From Clostridia bacterium (lineage in GTDB: Bacteria; Bacillota; Clostridia; Christensenellales; Borkfalkiaceae): a stretch of 64,000 nt of DNA. The stretch spans positions 4,483 through 68,482 of the forward strand of contig JAJPZA010000120.1 of NCBI GenBank assembly GCA_021204625.1. The letters are read 5' to 3'. The notes under the pieces were generated by a model. That model was not told the DNA's origin, ran no database searches, and saw nothing but the letters and a program-made list of their open reading frames with translations. Every line of letters starts with the position of its first letter. The stretch's first letter is position 1. Shown piece by piece: positions 18,827-28,794 of the stretch. The position numbers and the translations under genes were made by a program.

Positions 18827-20115
18827 TGACAATAGCTGATCTTTTCGCCATCAGAATACCGCACGGCTACATTCTGCAGATATTCATAGCGGAGATGCTT
18901 TTCATTCCCATCCTGGAGAGACGCAAGAATTTTGTCCTGCGCCTCGTTTTGTCTTTCCTGGGATTCGCGCTGCTTTCCGTAATAATAACCAATGTGGTGT
19001 ATCTCTGGATGCCGTCCGGCCTCAACTCCCTCATAATTTTCCTTCTGTCCCTCGTCATAGGCTTCATATGCTTTAAGAGCGGCTATAAGGAGATACTCTT
19101 CTGCTATGTGGCCGCCCAGCTTCTGCAGAATCTTTCGCACAATATAGAGAACGCAATATACCAGCCGCTGTCAGACAGCATATCTTATGCCGGCTGGTTT
19201 TTTCTTTCCGTGGGCGTCATGATAATCGTGTACGCCGCAGGGTTCGTTTTCCTGCATTACAGTTTCCCGCAGAACAAGAAGATAAGCCTGCCCAGTTACG
19301 GCGTGGTCCTGTTCGCCGTGTTCTCGCTGCTGTTCTGCTACTTCATTCAGTACCTGTTCCAGTACTTCGGCCTGGACACGCTGTGGGCAATAATGCTGCT
19401 CCTCATATTCTGCGACGTCCTGATCCTTGTCCTGATGTTCCTGCTGCAGGGCTACAAGTGGAAGTATGACGAGAATACGGAGCTGGAAAATTTCATAGCG
19501 CAGGAGAACAGGTACTACAAGTCCATGCAGGAGAACGTGGACGTGATCAACATGAAGGCCCATGACCTCAAGCACTTCATAGCGGACCTGAGGGAGAACA
19601 GGTCCATGGACGACTCCGGCCTTGCCGAAATCCAGGAGGCCGTGGAGAAGTATGAGCAGACGGCCAACACCGGCAGCGAGGCCCTGGACTCCGTGCTTAC
19701 GGAAAAGATGTTCGTCTGCAACAAGAACGGCATAGCCCTCACCACGATGGTGCAGGGAGAACTGCTGGGCTTCATGCGCATGAGTGACATAACCTCGGTC
19801 TTCGGAAACCTTTTGAGCAACGCCATAGAATATGAGCTCACAGTAGAGAACGTCAGCCAGAGATGCATCGGGCTCAATGTCTTCAGAAAGGGCGCGCTCG
19901 TATGCATCCATGTGGAGAATTACTGCACGGCAAGCTCATCCTTTGCGGACGGCCTGCCGCAGACCACAAAGGGCAGTACGGATTATCACGGATACGGGCT
20001 CAAGTCCGTGAGATATATAGTGAAAAAGTACGGCGGAAACATAACGATAGACTCCACTGGCGAGATGTTTGTCGTGGACATCATAATCCCCCTCCAGGAG
20101 ATGAAAGAGGCATAA
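18826..20115 (+). CDS. AgrC-like GHKL sensor histidine kinase (multi-TM, HPK10-type)
   Basis: TGATG overlap with the regulator gene. The N-terminus has about six hydrophobic helices. H-box AHDLKHF. ATPase motifs NLLSNAIEY and GYGLKSV. Confidence 0.85.
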   Translation: MTIADLFAIRIPHGYILQIFIAEMLFIPILERRKNFVLRLVLSFLGFALLSVIITNVVYLWMPSGLNSLIIFLLSLVIGFICFKSGYKEILFCYVAAQLLQNLSHNIENAIYQPLSDSISYAGWFFLSVGVMIIVYAAGFVFLHYSFPQNKKISLPSYGVVLFAVFSLLFCYFIQYLFQYFGLDTLWAIMLLLIFCDVLILVLMFLLQGYKWKYDENTELENFIAQENRYYKSMQENVDVINMKAHDLKHFIADLRENRSMDDSGLAEIQEAVEKYEQTANTGSEALDSVLTEKMFVCNKNGIALTTMVQGELLGFMRMSDITSVFGNLLSNAIEYELTVENVSQRCIGLNVFRKGALVCIHVENYCTASSSFADGLPQTTKGSTDYHGYGLKSVRYIVKKYGGNITIDSTGEMFVVDIIIPLQEMKEA

Positions 20116-20285
20116 ACCGTTTCATCAGGTAATTTGGCCGCAAAAAAACGGAAAAAGCAAGAACTTGCCACAAAAATCCGCTTTTTTGCCTGCCGCAATC
20201 CGTTTCAGAGCCTTGTGCTATACTCCGGGCTGCCGGGTAAAAGGGGGGCCTTTGCCGGCGATTACAATAAATCTGGAGGAAAAAG

Positions 20286-23200
20286 ATGAAAATTACCAAA
20301 TTCGGTAAGCCTGCATTATGGCGCACCATCGCAGCGGTGTCAGGCGTTATCTTATGCCTTGCCATCGGCGGCAGCGCCGTAACCACGGAATGGTCCGGAT
20401 ACATCAACAAGTATCTCGGCATCTCCAATACAAAGATAGTCACATCGGAAGACAGCGAAGAGGATCCCATACATTATCACAGCGATTATAACAACTATAC
20501 GGATGTAATGAATTACGCCCGCGGCGTTGCAAAGACAGCCCAGGCCGAAGGCACCGTTCTTATGACAAACAAGAACAATGCCCTTCCCCTCGCAAAGAAC
20601 TCCAAAGTGACATTCTTCGGATACAACTCCATAGACCCGGCGCTCGGCGGAACCGGCTCCGGCGGCGTCACGGCATCTGATGAGCGCAAGATAGACCTTT
20701 ACGAAGCATGCGCCAACAAGCTGGACTACAACACCACAATGTACAATTTCTACAAGAACAAGTACGATGCGCAGGAAGGCTTCACATCAGTCACCAATGA
20801 ATACACCGGTGTCACCACGCAGAGCTTCCAGGTCGTCAACGGCGTGACAGAACTCAACTCATCCGCCTTTTCAGCCACCGAGGAAAGCAGCTGGCAAGAA
20901 TACGGCGATGCGGCAATCTTCGTGATGACCCGCATAGGCGGCGAGGGCACAGACCTCAGCCCGGACGCCAATTATCTGGAGCTTTCCGAGAACGAGAAGT
21001 CAGTGCTTCAGACAATGAAAACACAGAAGCAGAACGGAGTGTTCAGCAAGCTGATTGTTCTGGTCAACACCTTCAACACTCCTGAGCTCGGCTGGCTGGA
21101 TGATTATGACATTGACGCCTGCCTGTATATAGGCGGCCCCGGAGAAGTGGGGCTGGACGCCGTGACGGACATACTTGTCGGAGACACCAACCCTTCCGGA
21201 CATCTTGCAGACACGTATGCATACAGCTCCATGTCATCCCCTGCAATGCAGAACTTCGGAGACTACACGTTCTCAAACTCCAGTGACGTGGTCAACTCGG
21301 ACGCATCCCACTATGTAATGTACAACGAAGGCATCTACGTGGGATACAGGTACTACGAGACCCGTTATGAGGACACAGTGCTGAACAAAGGCAACGCGTC
21401 ATCCACGGCCGGCGTATATGAGAACGAAGGCAACTGGAAGTATGAGGATGAAGTGCAGTTCCCTTTCGGGCTTGGCCTTTCATACACGACATTCACGCAG
21501 ACCCTGGACAGCGTGAAGGTGGACTGGACGGACAAGACCGCAACAGTCAAGGTCACTGTTGAGAACACCGGAGACAAGGCAGGCAAAGACGTCGTTCAGG
21601 TATATGCGCAGTCCCCGTACTATTTCGAGGACGGCACAACCAGCAGCGTGGAGAAGTCAGCCGTACAGCTCTGCGGATTCGCAAAGACGGATGAGCTCTC
21701 TGCAAACGGCGGAAAGCAGGACGTTACAATCACCATCGACCTCAGTGACATAGCAAGCTACGATTACGAGACATACAAGACGTACATCATGGAGGCCGGC
21801 GATTATTACTTCGCCATAGGAGACAGCGCCCATGACGCTCTCAACAACATTCTTGCTCTCAAGGGCTATTCCACAACAGACGGAATGGATAAAAACGGAG
21901 ACAGCTCCAAGGCAGCCAAGGAAACAAAGAAAGACTTCGATGAGACCGAGTACTGCCTGTCCTGCAACGGCACAAAGGTCACAAACCAGTTTGATTCAGC
22001 CAACCTCAACTATTACAGCGACACCTCTTCAGACATCGTGACATATCTCACCAGATCCAACTGGTCCGGCACATGGCCTGAGGAGATGAAGAACTTTGCC
22101 GCAACCAGCAAGATGAAGGAAATAATCGCTTCATACTACACGTCAGACACAAGCGGCAGCACGTCTCCTTCCGCATATGAGAAGGGCGAGACGACATCAG
22201 ATATCGTAATGGGCGCGGAAAACGGACTTACCCTTGCCACGTTCATCGGCGCAGACTATGACGATGACAACTGGGATCTCCTTCTGGACCAGCTCACAGA
22301 GGATGATTATCTTGCAACCACAAAGCAGGCCCGCGAGGCCCTGGAGAGCGTAGGCCTGAACGCCACGACAGCCGTGGACGGACCCGCGGCATGGACAAAG
22401 TCATACTATATCGAGAACTACGAAGACCAGTATGACGCGACAAAGAACGTAACAACAAGCGAAGCGTGCGTTTCCTACCCCACAGAGACGGTCCTTGCAG
22501 GAACATGGAACGTGCCCCTTCTTGAGGAAGTAGGCAACAGCTTCGGAGAAGAAGGTCTCTGGGGCGGCGGCTGCGGCTGGTACGGCCCCGGCGCAGACAC
22601 CCACAGGACTCCTTACGGCGGCAGAAACTTCGAGTACTTCTCAGAGGACAGCTATATAGCCGGCAAGCTCTGCGAGGCAGAGGTACACGGAGCCATGGCA
22701 AAGGGCGTAGTATGCTATCTCAAGCACTTCGTAATGAATGACCAGGAGACCAACCGTATAGGCGTATGCACGTTCGCAAACGAGCAGGCTATGCGTGAGA
22801 TCTACATGAGAGCGTTCCAGTACTCATTCGAGTCCACCGGCGAGGATGACCGCTCCTGCAACGCAGTCATGGGTTCATTCAACCGTCTCGGCGTCGTTTG
22901 GTCCGGACATACCGGAAACCTCTGGCACAACGTGATGGAAGACGAGTGGGGATTCCTCGGAATCGTCACCACGGACTTCGGCCAGCTGCCCGGAAGCCTC
23001 ATGGAGCCTGAACTCGCATACGAGGCAGGCACCGAGACATTCTGCACATCCGGCTCAACATTCTCTTCATATCTCCAGGGATGCAACTTCACAAAGGACT
23101 CCAAGCTCCTTGGCAACATGCGTGAAGCCATCCACCGCATCCTGTACAACTTCGCAAACAGCGCAGCCATGAACGGCCTCACATCAGATTCCGTGGTTGT

Positions 23201-23369
23201 GAAGATCCGCACCTGGTATGACAAACTCCTCCTGTCCCTTGAGATAATCTTCGGCATAATTCTTGCTGCGGCAGTTATCATGATTGTTCTGCAGACAGTC
23301 TTCGGCAAGATTGATGAAAAGAAGGAGAAGTCTTCTTCAGACAACAATAACCAGAAGAGGGAGGACTAA
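20286..23369 (+). CDS. Glycoside hydrolase family 3 (beta-glucosidase/xylosidase-like) with permuted domain order, anchored at both ends
   Basis: GH3 C-terminal-domain-type sequence (NNALPL...KVTFFG) is at the N-terminus. An Fn3-like segment (PFGLGLSYTTF...VQVYAQSP) is in the middle. GH3 catalytic-domain motifs (KHFVMNDQE, GIVTTDFG) are near the C-terminus. There is an N-terminal signal/anchor and a C-terminal TM helix followed by a K/E-rich tail. Confidence 0.85.
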   Translation: MKITKFGKPALWRTIAAVSGVILCLAIGGSAVTTEWSGYINKYLGISNTKIVTSEDSEEDPIHYHSDYNNYTDVMNYARGVAKTAQAEGTVLMTNKNNALPLAKNSKVTFFGYNSIDPALGGTGSGGVTASDERKIDLYEACANKLDYNTTMYNFYKNKYDAQEGFTSVTNEYTGVTTQSFQVVNGVTELNSSAFSATEESSWQEYGDAAIFVMTRIGGEGTDLSPDANYLELSENEKSVLQTMKTQKQNGVFSKLIVLVNTFNTPELGWLDDYDIDACLYIGGPGEVGLDAVTDILVGDTNPSGHLADTYAYSSMSSPAMQNFGDYTFSNSSDVVNSDASHYVMYNEGIYVGYRYYETRYEDTVLNKGNASSTAGVYENEGNWKYEDEVQFPFGLGLSYTTFTQTLDSVKVDWTDKTATVKVTVENTGDKAGKDVVQVYAQSPYYFEDGTTSSVEKSAVQLCGFAKTDELSANGGKQDVTITIDLSDIASYDYETYKTYIMEAGDYYFAIGDSAHDALNNILALKGYSTTDGMDKNGDSSKAAKETKKDFDETEYCLSCNGTKVTNQFDSANLNYYSDTSSDIVTYLTRSNWSGTWPEEMKNFAATSKMKEIIASYYTSDTSGSTSPSAYEKGETTSDIVMGAENGLTLATFIGADYDDDNWDLLLDQLTEDDYLATTKQAREALESVGLNATTAVDGPAAWTKSYYIENYEDQYDATKNVTTSEACVSYPTETVLAGTWNVPLLEEVGNSFGEEGLWGGGCGWYGPGADTHRTPYGGRNFEYFSEDSYIAGKLCEAEVHGAMAKGVVCYLKHFVMNDQETNRIGVCTFANEQAMREIYMRAFQYSFESTGEDDRSCNAVMGSFNRLGVVWSGHTGNLWHNVMEDEWGFLGIVTTDFGQLPGSLMEPELAYEAGTETFCTSGSTFSSYLQGCNFTKDSKLLGNMREAIHRILYNFANSAAMNGLTSDSVVVKIRTWYDKLLLSLEIIFGIILAAAVIMIVLQTVFGKIDEKKEKSSSDNNNQKRED

Positions 23370-23372
23370 GCA

Positions 23373-23795
23373 ATGAACACAGTTAAAGGATTCATCTCCA
23401 ACAAGAAGCCCGGCTGGTACGTGGAAGTAATCACTCTGATTCTCGGGCTCATAACAGTCATCGTATACACGGCGCGCGGAGGCAACTACCTCTCAGCCGT
23501 AAGCTCTTCGGCGGTCACGCTCCTTGCCCTCGGCATCGTCACCAGCTTCCTTGTGCTCATCATGGACTTCAGATTCCTGGCAATCATCCCCATGATCCTG
23601 TACGCAAGCGCTGTTGCGGTCCTGCTCAACACTGAGATGATGTTCATCTCCAACGTGGCGTTCGGCGTGGACAACAACGTGTTCGACTCCGCATGGTACA
23701 CCTTCATCATCACCGGAATCCTGGCAATGATAACATCCGCCGTTGCATTCGGAATGGGACTTTCCAAGAAGGACGTCCTTGTTGCAAAAGACTGA
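23373..23795 (+). CDS. Small integral membrane protein (about 4 TM), unknown function
   Basis: Hydrophobic helices throughout. GGAGG RBS. Starts 4 nt after the GH3 stop. Confidence 0.7.
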   Translation: MNTVKGFISNKKPGWYVEVITLILGLITVIVYTARGGNYLSAVSSSAVTLLALGIVTSFLVLIMDFRFLAIIPMILYASAVAVLLNTEMMFISNVAFGVDNNVFDSAWYTFIITGILAMITSAVAFGMGLSKKDVLVAKD

Positions 23796-23936
23796 CATAT
23801 CAAAAGACTGATATATAATGATATAATTGCACTGTCCGGGAGCGGACCGCTCCCGGGCAGATGTGCATAAGACGCATAAGCTGCACTGCAGGCCCGGGCC
23901 AAGCCGGGCCCCAGAGGCAGGCGGAAGAGGCAGACA

Positions 23937-24902
23937 TTGAAACTTAAGAAAACACTAATAATTTCATCAGCGGTGCTTCTTTCAGCGGCCGCGCTGCTCC
24001 TCGGGGCATGCAGCGGCGGAGACGGCGCAGCCTCTACAACCTCATGGGAAGTTCCTTCAAAGTATCGTGAGGAGAACACCGCAGCGGCCGGCACGGTAGT
24101 TGAAGTGGACTACACCACAAAGGACTACGTGAACGGCACGGACGCCACAGAAGAAAAATACTGCAACGTATACCTTCCGTACGGCTATGACGAGGCAAAG
24201 CAGTACAACATCCTGTACCTCGTGCACGGAACGGACCCTCAGTCCGTGACGCACCAGGAAACATGGCTGTACACCATAGGCGCAAAGAACGTGCTTGACA
24301 ACATGATTTATTACGGAGACATTGAGCCCCTCATCGTTGTCACCCCCAGCTTCTACTGTTACGGCCTGTACGGAGACGATTCATATTCCAGCATAACGGA
24401 AGTGACCCCTGTCAAGGACCTCTCAACCCAGAACTTCGGCAGCGAGCTCCGCTATGACATAATCCCCGCCGTGGAGAGCATATACTCCACATACGCGGAG
24501 AGCGCTTCGGAGGAGGACCTCCAGGCTTCCAGGGAGCACAGGGCAATGGCAGGCCTTTCCAACGGCTGCCGCATCACGTACCGCGGAGGGATGGAGGAGA
24601 ACTTCGACTACATCAGCTGGTACGGCTGCTTCTCATCCTATGTGGACGCGGATGAAGTGCTGCAGGCCCTTCACCAGGACAAATACGCCGGGCTCAAGCT
24701 TAATTACATGTTCAACGGGGACGGCATTTATGACTTCGCCCACAACGGCCACAAGAAGATGGTCAAGGCCCTTTTAGAGGATGACCTCTTCACAGAGGAG
24801 AATACGGAGTACGTTAACGTGTCCTTCGGATACCATTCAGCCCGTTCATGGCGCGTCAGCCTATACAACGCCCTTCAGAGATTTTTCAAGGAGGCGGCAT
24901 GA
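23937..24902 (+). CDS. Lipoprotein of the putative-esterase (alpha/beta-hydrolase, CE1/esterase-D-like) family
   Basis: Lipobox LLLGAC after a signal peptide. NVYLPYGYD...YLVHG and the GLSNG nucleophile-elbow-like motif. TTG start with GGAAGAGG upstream. Confidence 0.7.
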   Translation: MKLKKTLIISSAVLLSAAALLLGACSGGDGAASTTSWEVPSKYREENTAAAGTVVEVDYTTKDYVNGTDATEEKYCNVYLPYGYDEAKQYNILYLVHGTDPQSVTHQETWLYTIGAKNVLDNMIYYGDIEPLIVVTPSFYCYGLYGDDSYSSITEVTPVKDLSTQNFGSELRYDIIPAVESIYSTYAESASEEDLQASREHRAMAGLSNGCRITYRGGMEENFDYISWYGCFSSYVDADEVLQALHQDKYAGLKLNYMFNGDGIYDFAHNGHKKMVKALLEDDLFTEENTEYVNVSFGYHSARSWRVSLYNALQRFFKEAA

Positions 24903-25240
24903 TGAAAAAGGTCTTTTCACTTTTCAACCTCATTCTCATGATAGTCATCCTTGTTGCCTGCTGGGGCGAGTTCATCCTCTGCTTCGCGCGCGGCTATGAA
25001 GAGTTCTGGGCGACCATCCTGATCCCTTCGGTCATCATAACGGCCCTCTGCATCGCCGGCTACAAGACAAGGCTCAAGTGGCTGTACGCCATCGGGAGCG
25101 TAATCATAATAGTCGGGGCAGTCCTTCTCATAGGCTTCCCCAGCTATATCATGTACCTCGGGCTCATCCTCGGAGCCATATCCCTTGTGGCCGAGATTGT
25201 GTGGCTTGTCCTGCATCTGCGCAACAGAAAGAAAGCATGA
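24899..25240 (+). CDS. Small membrane protein (113 aa)
   Basis: ATGA overlap with the esterase stop. Hydrophobic helices. A hairpin (AGGCCGGGC-TTTA-GCCCGGCCT at 25279-25300) follows. Confidence 0.6.
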   Translation: MMKKVFSLFNLILMIVILVACWGEFILCFARGYEEFWATILIPSVIITALCIAGYKTRLKWLYAIGSVIIIVGAVLLIGFPSYIMYLGLILGAISLVAEIVWLVLHLRNRKKA

Positions 25241-25512
25241 AACAAACCCATCGTTCCCCCTTACATATTCGCATAAACAGGCCGGGCTTTAGCCCGGCCT
25301 GCTTTGCGCATCAAAACAGCCGCCGGCGGCCCCGGACCGCTGCGGTCTGCGAAATTATGTTGGAATATGTGCCGGAAACAGGCACTTTTGGGCCAAAAAT
25401 CAGTTTTTTGAGACGTTAATATCTATTAACAGCCCAGGTGGCGGAAATCTTGCAAAGCGAAATATGAAGGGAGTATAATAATGGCATAATCCGGAAAGGG
25501 AGGCACGCCGTT

Positions 25513-26145
25513 ATGTTTACAGACACCAAGTTTGCAGGAAGAATCGGGGAAAAATTCGGAAAGGACGAGCCCATATTCACGTCTGAGATTCTCGCCCTTT
25601 TTCCGGAGCTGTCACGCTCGCAGGTGTTCAAAAACATCAAGAGTGCCATGAAATACAAGCTGCTGGGATTTTATGTCAGAGGCGTGTATTATCTCCCCTC
25701 AGTTCCCGGGGTCTGCTCAATAACGCCGCAGGACGTCATTGCCAAGAGATATCTCGGGTGGGGCGGCGAAAGGTACGGCATCATTTCCGGCAACAGGATG
25801 CAGAGTGATTTCGGCATGGACGAGGGAAGCGGCCCGGCCACTGAGATAGTCTCCAATAACGAGACGACCCGCGGGCGCCTGATTTCAATCAATGGCTGCA
25901 AATACATAATCAAAAAGTCCAGATGCGAAATCACTTCGGAGAACGTGTACGCATACACGCTTGTGCAGTTCTTTGACGAGCTTGATTTAGGCAAGGCACC
26001 CACGGAAAAGGCCGCCAGCAACATAGAGAAGTTCATCCGCATGCATAACATCTCCAGAGACCAGGTGGACGAGATTTCCGGGCACTTCACGGCCCGCCCC
26101 ATGAGAAACCTGAAGACCACAGGCATCATCCGCAAGATAGGATGA
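25513..26145 (+). CDS. Hypothetical protein, possibly an AbiEi-like winged-helix antitoxin-type protein
   Basis: GGGAGG RBS. The N-terminus (FTSEILALFPELSRSQVFKNIKSAMKYKLLGFYVRGVYYLP) resembles AbiEi N-terminal domains by eye. No AbiEii partner is present. Confidence 0.35.
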   Translation: MFTDTKFAGRIGEKFGKDEPIFTSEILALFPELSRSQVFKNIKSAMKYKLLGFYVRGVYYLPSVPGVCSITPQDVIAKRYLGWGGERYGIISGNRMQSDFGMDEGSGPATEIVSNNETTRGRLISINGCKYIIKKSRCEITSENVYAYTLVQFFDELDLGKAPTEKAASNIEKFIRMHNISRDQVDEISGHFTARPMRNLKTTGIIRKIG

Positions 26146-26314
26146 CCGTTCAAGGCCTTGCACGCAAGGCCGCTAAAAAAGATCATAATCAATGCTCTTG
26201 CGCGTGGTAAGTAGCGTTGTCATATTTGTTTACTCCGTTTTTTATTTTCCATAGAACACACCGTCTGTCTGCTTCATATAGGGCGGTGTTTCTATATATT
26301 ATATTTGGAAAAGG

Positions 26315-26350
26315 GAAAGGCCGTTCACAGTTGCCTGTGAGCGGCCTTTC
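26315..26350. terminator. Bidirectional terminator hairpin (16-bp stem)
   Basis: GAAAGGCCGTTCACAG-TTGC-CTGTGAGCGGCCTTTC, between the convergent genes 25513-26145 (+) and ilvD (-). Confidence 0.7.
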
Positions 26351-26402
26351 CGTTAAATTTTCGCTATAGGAGTGTTCGTTGGTTTGGGTGGGTGTGGGTG
26401 CC

Positions 26403-28064
26403 TCAGTCCTTGCGGAAGATGGCTCCGTTGGAGGCGGAGGTCACGTTTGCGCGGTAGCGCTTGAGGTAGCCGGTCACAGGCTTTACCTTCGGAACGAAGG
26501 CGGCCTTGCGGCGGGCGAGTTCCTCGTCGGATATGCGCAGGTTTATGGAGCAGTTGGGGATGTCGATGTCTATGATGTCCCCGTCCTGGACCATGCCAAT
26601 GAGTCCGCCTGCGGCGGCTTCAGGGCATACATGGCCGATTGCCGCTCCGCGGGTCGCGCCGGAGAAACGGCCGTCCGTGATGAGGGCCACGTCTGCGCCC
26701 AGGCCTGCTCCCACGATGGCGGAAGTGGGGGTGAGCATCTCGCGCATTCCCGGGCCGCCCATGGGCCCTTCGTAACGGATCACGACTACGTCGCCCTTTA
26801 CGATCTTCCCTGTGGATATGGCCGCCATGGCGTCCTCTTCGCTGTCAAAGCATACGGCCTTGCCGCTGTGGACGTACATGCGGGGGTCTACCGCGGACTT
26901 CTTGACTACGCTTCCCTCGGGGGCAAGATTGCCCTTGAGGATTGTGAGGCCGCCCTGCGCGGAGTAGGGATTGTCTATCGGACGGATGATGTCATGGTCA
27001 TAGACATTGGCGTTCGCAACCACGTCCTTGAGCTTCTTGCCGGAGACGGTCATTGTCTCGCCGTTGAGAAGGCCTGCGTCCAGGAGCTCCTTCATTACGG
27101 CGGAGATGCCGCCGGCTTCGTTGAGCTCTTCTATGAAGTAGTCGCCTGCGGGAGCGAGGCGGCAGAGGTTCGGGGTGCGCTCCGAGATTTCGTTCATTAT
27201 GTCGATGTTGACCGTGTTCACTCCGGCTTCGCCGGCTATGGCGATGAGATGGAGCACGGTGTTGGTGGATGCGCCTATGGCCATGTCCACTGTCTCGGCG
27301 TTCTTGAAGGCCGCCTCAGTCAGGATGTCGGAGGGGCGGATGTTCTTCTCAAGAAGGTTCATCACGGCTTCGCCCGTGAGCTTTGCAAGGGCAAGGCGCT
27401 GGGAGTATACCATGGGTATGGTGCCGTTTCCGGGCAGGGCCATGCCAAGAGCCTCGCAGAGGCAGTTGAGCGAGTTGGCCGTGAACATGCCGGAGCAGGA
27501 GCCGCATGTGGGGCATGCGTTGCACTCGAAGTTCTTGAGCTCATCGGCGTCTATGATTCCTGCGTCATACGCGCCCACTTCCTCGAACATGGTGGAAAGC
27601 GATGTCTTCTTTCCGTGAACCTTTCCTGCGAGCATCGGGCCGCCGGACACGAATATGGAGGGTATGTTCACACGGGCCGCCGCCATGAGCATGCCGGGTA
27701 TTATCTTGTCGCAGTTGCCTATGAATATGGCTGCCTGGAAGGCGTGGGCCTTCAAAAGTATCTCTGCGCTGTCCGCGATTATCTCTCTGGAGGGAAGGGA
27801 GTATGTCATTCCCACGTGGCCCATCGCTATGCCGTCGCATACGCCTATGGAAGGCACGATGACGGGCTTTCCGCCGGCCGCAATTACGCCCTGCGCCGCA
27901 GCCTTGGCTATGTCGTCCAGATGCATGTGCCCGGGGATTATCTCGCTCTGCGCGCAGATTATTCCAACCATGGGCTTGTTCATCTCGCTGTCTGTCCAGC
28001 CCAGGGCCCTTAAAAGAGACCTCTGGGAGCTCATCGCTGTTCCTTTGGAAAAAAGATTGTCCAT
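26403..28064 (-). CDS. ilvD: Dihydroxy-acid dehydratase
   Basis: RSLLRALGWTD, CDKIIPGMLMAA, DGRFSGATRG and other IlvD/Edd motifs. GGAGG RBS before the ATG at 28064. Confidence 0.95.
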   Translation of the reverse strand: MDNLFSKGTAMSSQRSLLRALGWTDSEMNKPMVGIICAQSEIIPGHMHLDDIAKAAAQGVIAAGGKPVIVPSIGVCDGIAMGHVGMTYSLPSREIIADSAEILLKAHAFQAAIFIGNCDKIIPGMLMAAARVNIPSIFVSGGPMLAGKVHGKKTSLSTMFEEVGAYDAGIIDADELKNFECNACPTCGSCSGMFTANSLNCLCEALGMALPGNGTIPMVYSQRLALAKLTGEAVMNLLEKNIRPSDILTEAAFKNAETVDMAIGASTNTVLHLIAIAGEAGVNTVNIDIMNEISERTPNLCRLAPAGDYFIEELNEAGGISAVMKELLDAGLLNGETMTVSGKKLKDVVANANVYDHDIIRPIDNPYSAQGGLTILKGNLAPEGSVVKKSAVDPRMYVHSGKAVCFDSEEDAMAAISTGKIVKGDVVVIRYEGPMGGPGMREMLTPTSAIVGAGLGADVALITDGRFSGATRGAAIGHVCPEAAAGGLIGMVQDGDIIDIDIPNCSINLRISDEELARRKAAFVPKVKPVTGYLKRYRANVTSASNGAIFRKD

Positions 28065-28248
28065 ACATACCTCCGGCCGCCCGTACGGCGCGCCTCATAT
28101 CATATTGCTCTTTGCATTATGCCTGCATGTGAAGGCATGCAGGCATTGCAGTGTTCTCTGTGTGTTTTTGCCAGCCCCGGTTCATTCCGTTTCCGCATAT
28201 TCCAGCATATTCAGGGGGAAAACAGAAGGGCAGGGGAGACAGGATGCA

Positions 28249-28779
28249 TTACTGCACGTGGTCTCCGTAGCAGTCCCTGTCCTTGAGGGTGTGGGTTCCG
28301 CGTGCCAGGACGGTGACGCCAGTGCGCTGGCTTTCAAGGATGCCGTACGGGGTGATGACCTTCATGAAAGCATCAAGCTTTTCCGGGTCTCCGGTAATCT
28401 CTAAAATCATGGTGTCCAGGGAAAGGTCCACGACCTTTGCCTTGTATATGTCCGCAACCTGGACTATCTCGGGGCGCTTGTCTGAAGGGGCCTTGACCTT
28501 TACAAGCATGAGATCCCTGTACACGCAGTCCAGCTCGTTGGCGCAGCCTATCTTGTACACGTCATCCAGCTTGTCCATCTGCTTTATCATCTGGTAGAGG
28601 GAGTAGCGGTCTCCGTTGAGGATTATGGTCATTCTGGAGATTGCGGGGTCCTCTGTGGCGCATACGCAGAGGGAGTCTATGTTGTAGCCCCTGCGGGCGA
28701 AGAGCCCGCATATGCGGGTCAAAACGCCGGCCTTGTTGGACACAAGCGCGCCTATTGTATACTGTTTGGTATCTGCCAT
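28249..28779 (-). CDS. ilvN: Acetolactate synthase small (regulatory) subunit
   Basis: ACT-domain N-terminus (ALVSNKAGVLTRICGLFARRGYNIDSL). Its position directly downstream of ilvB supports the call. Confidence 0.9.
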   Translation of the reverse strand: MADTKQYTIGALVSNKAGVLTRICGLFARRGYNIDSLCVCATEDPAISRMTIILNGDRYSLYQMIKQMDKLDDVYKIGCANELDCVYRDLMLVKVKAPSDKRPEIVQVADIYKAKVVDLSLDTMILEITGDPEKLDAFMKVITPYGILESQRTGVTVLARGTHTLKDRDCYGDHVQ

Positions 28780-28794
28780 GCCTTGATCCTCCGT

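Noticed and set aside
26379-28013. 544-aa ORF on the + strand opposite ilvD
   Set aside because: Shadow ORF of ilvD for the same reasons: a G/A/V/H-rich translation and no motifs.
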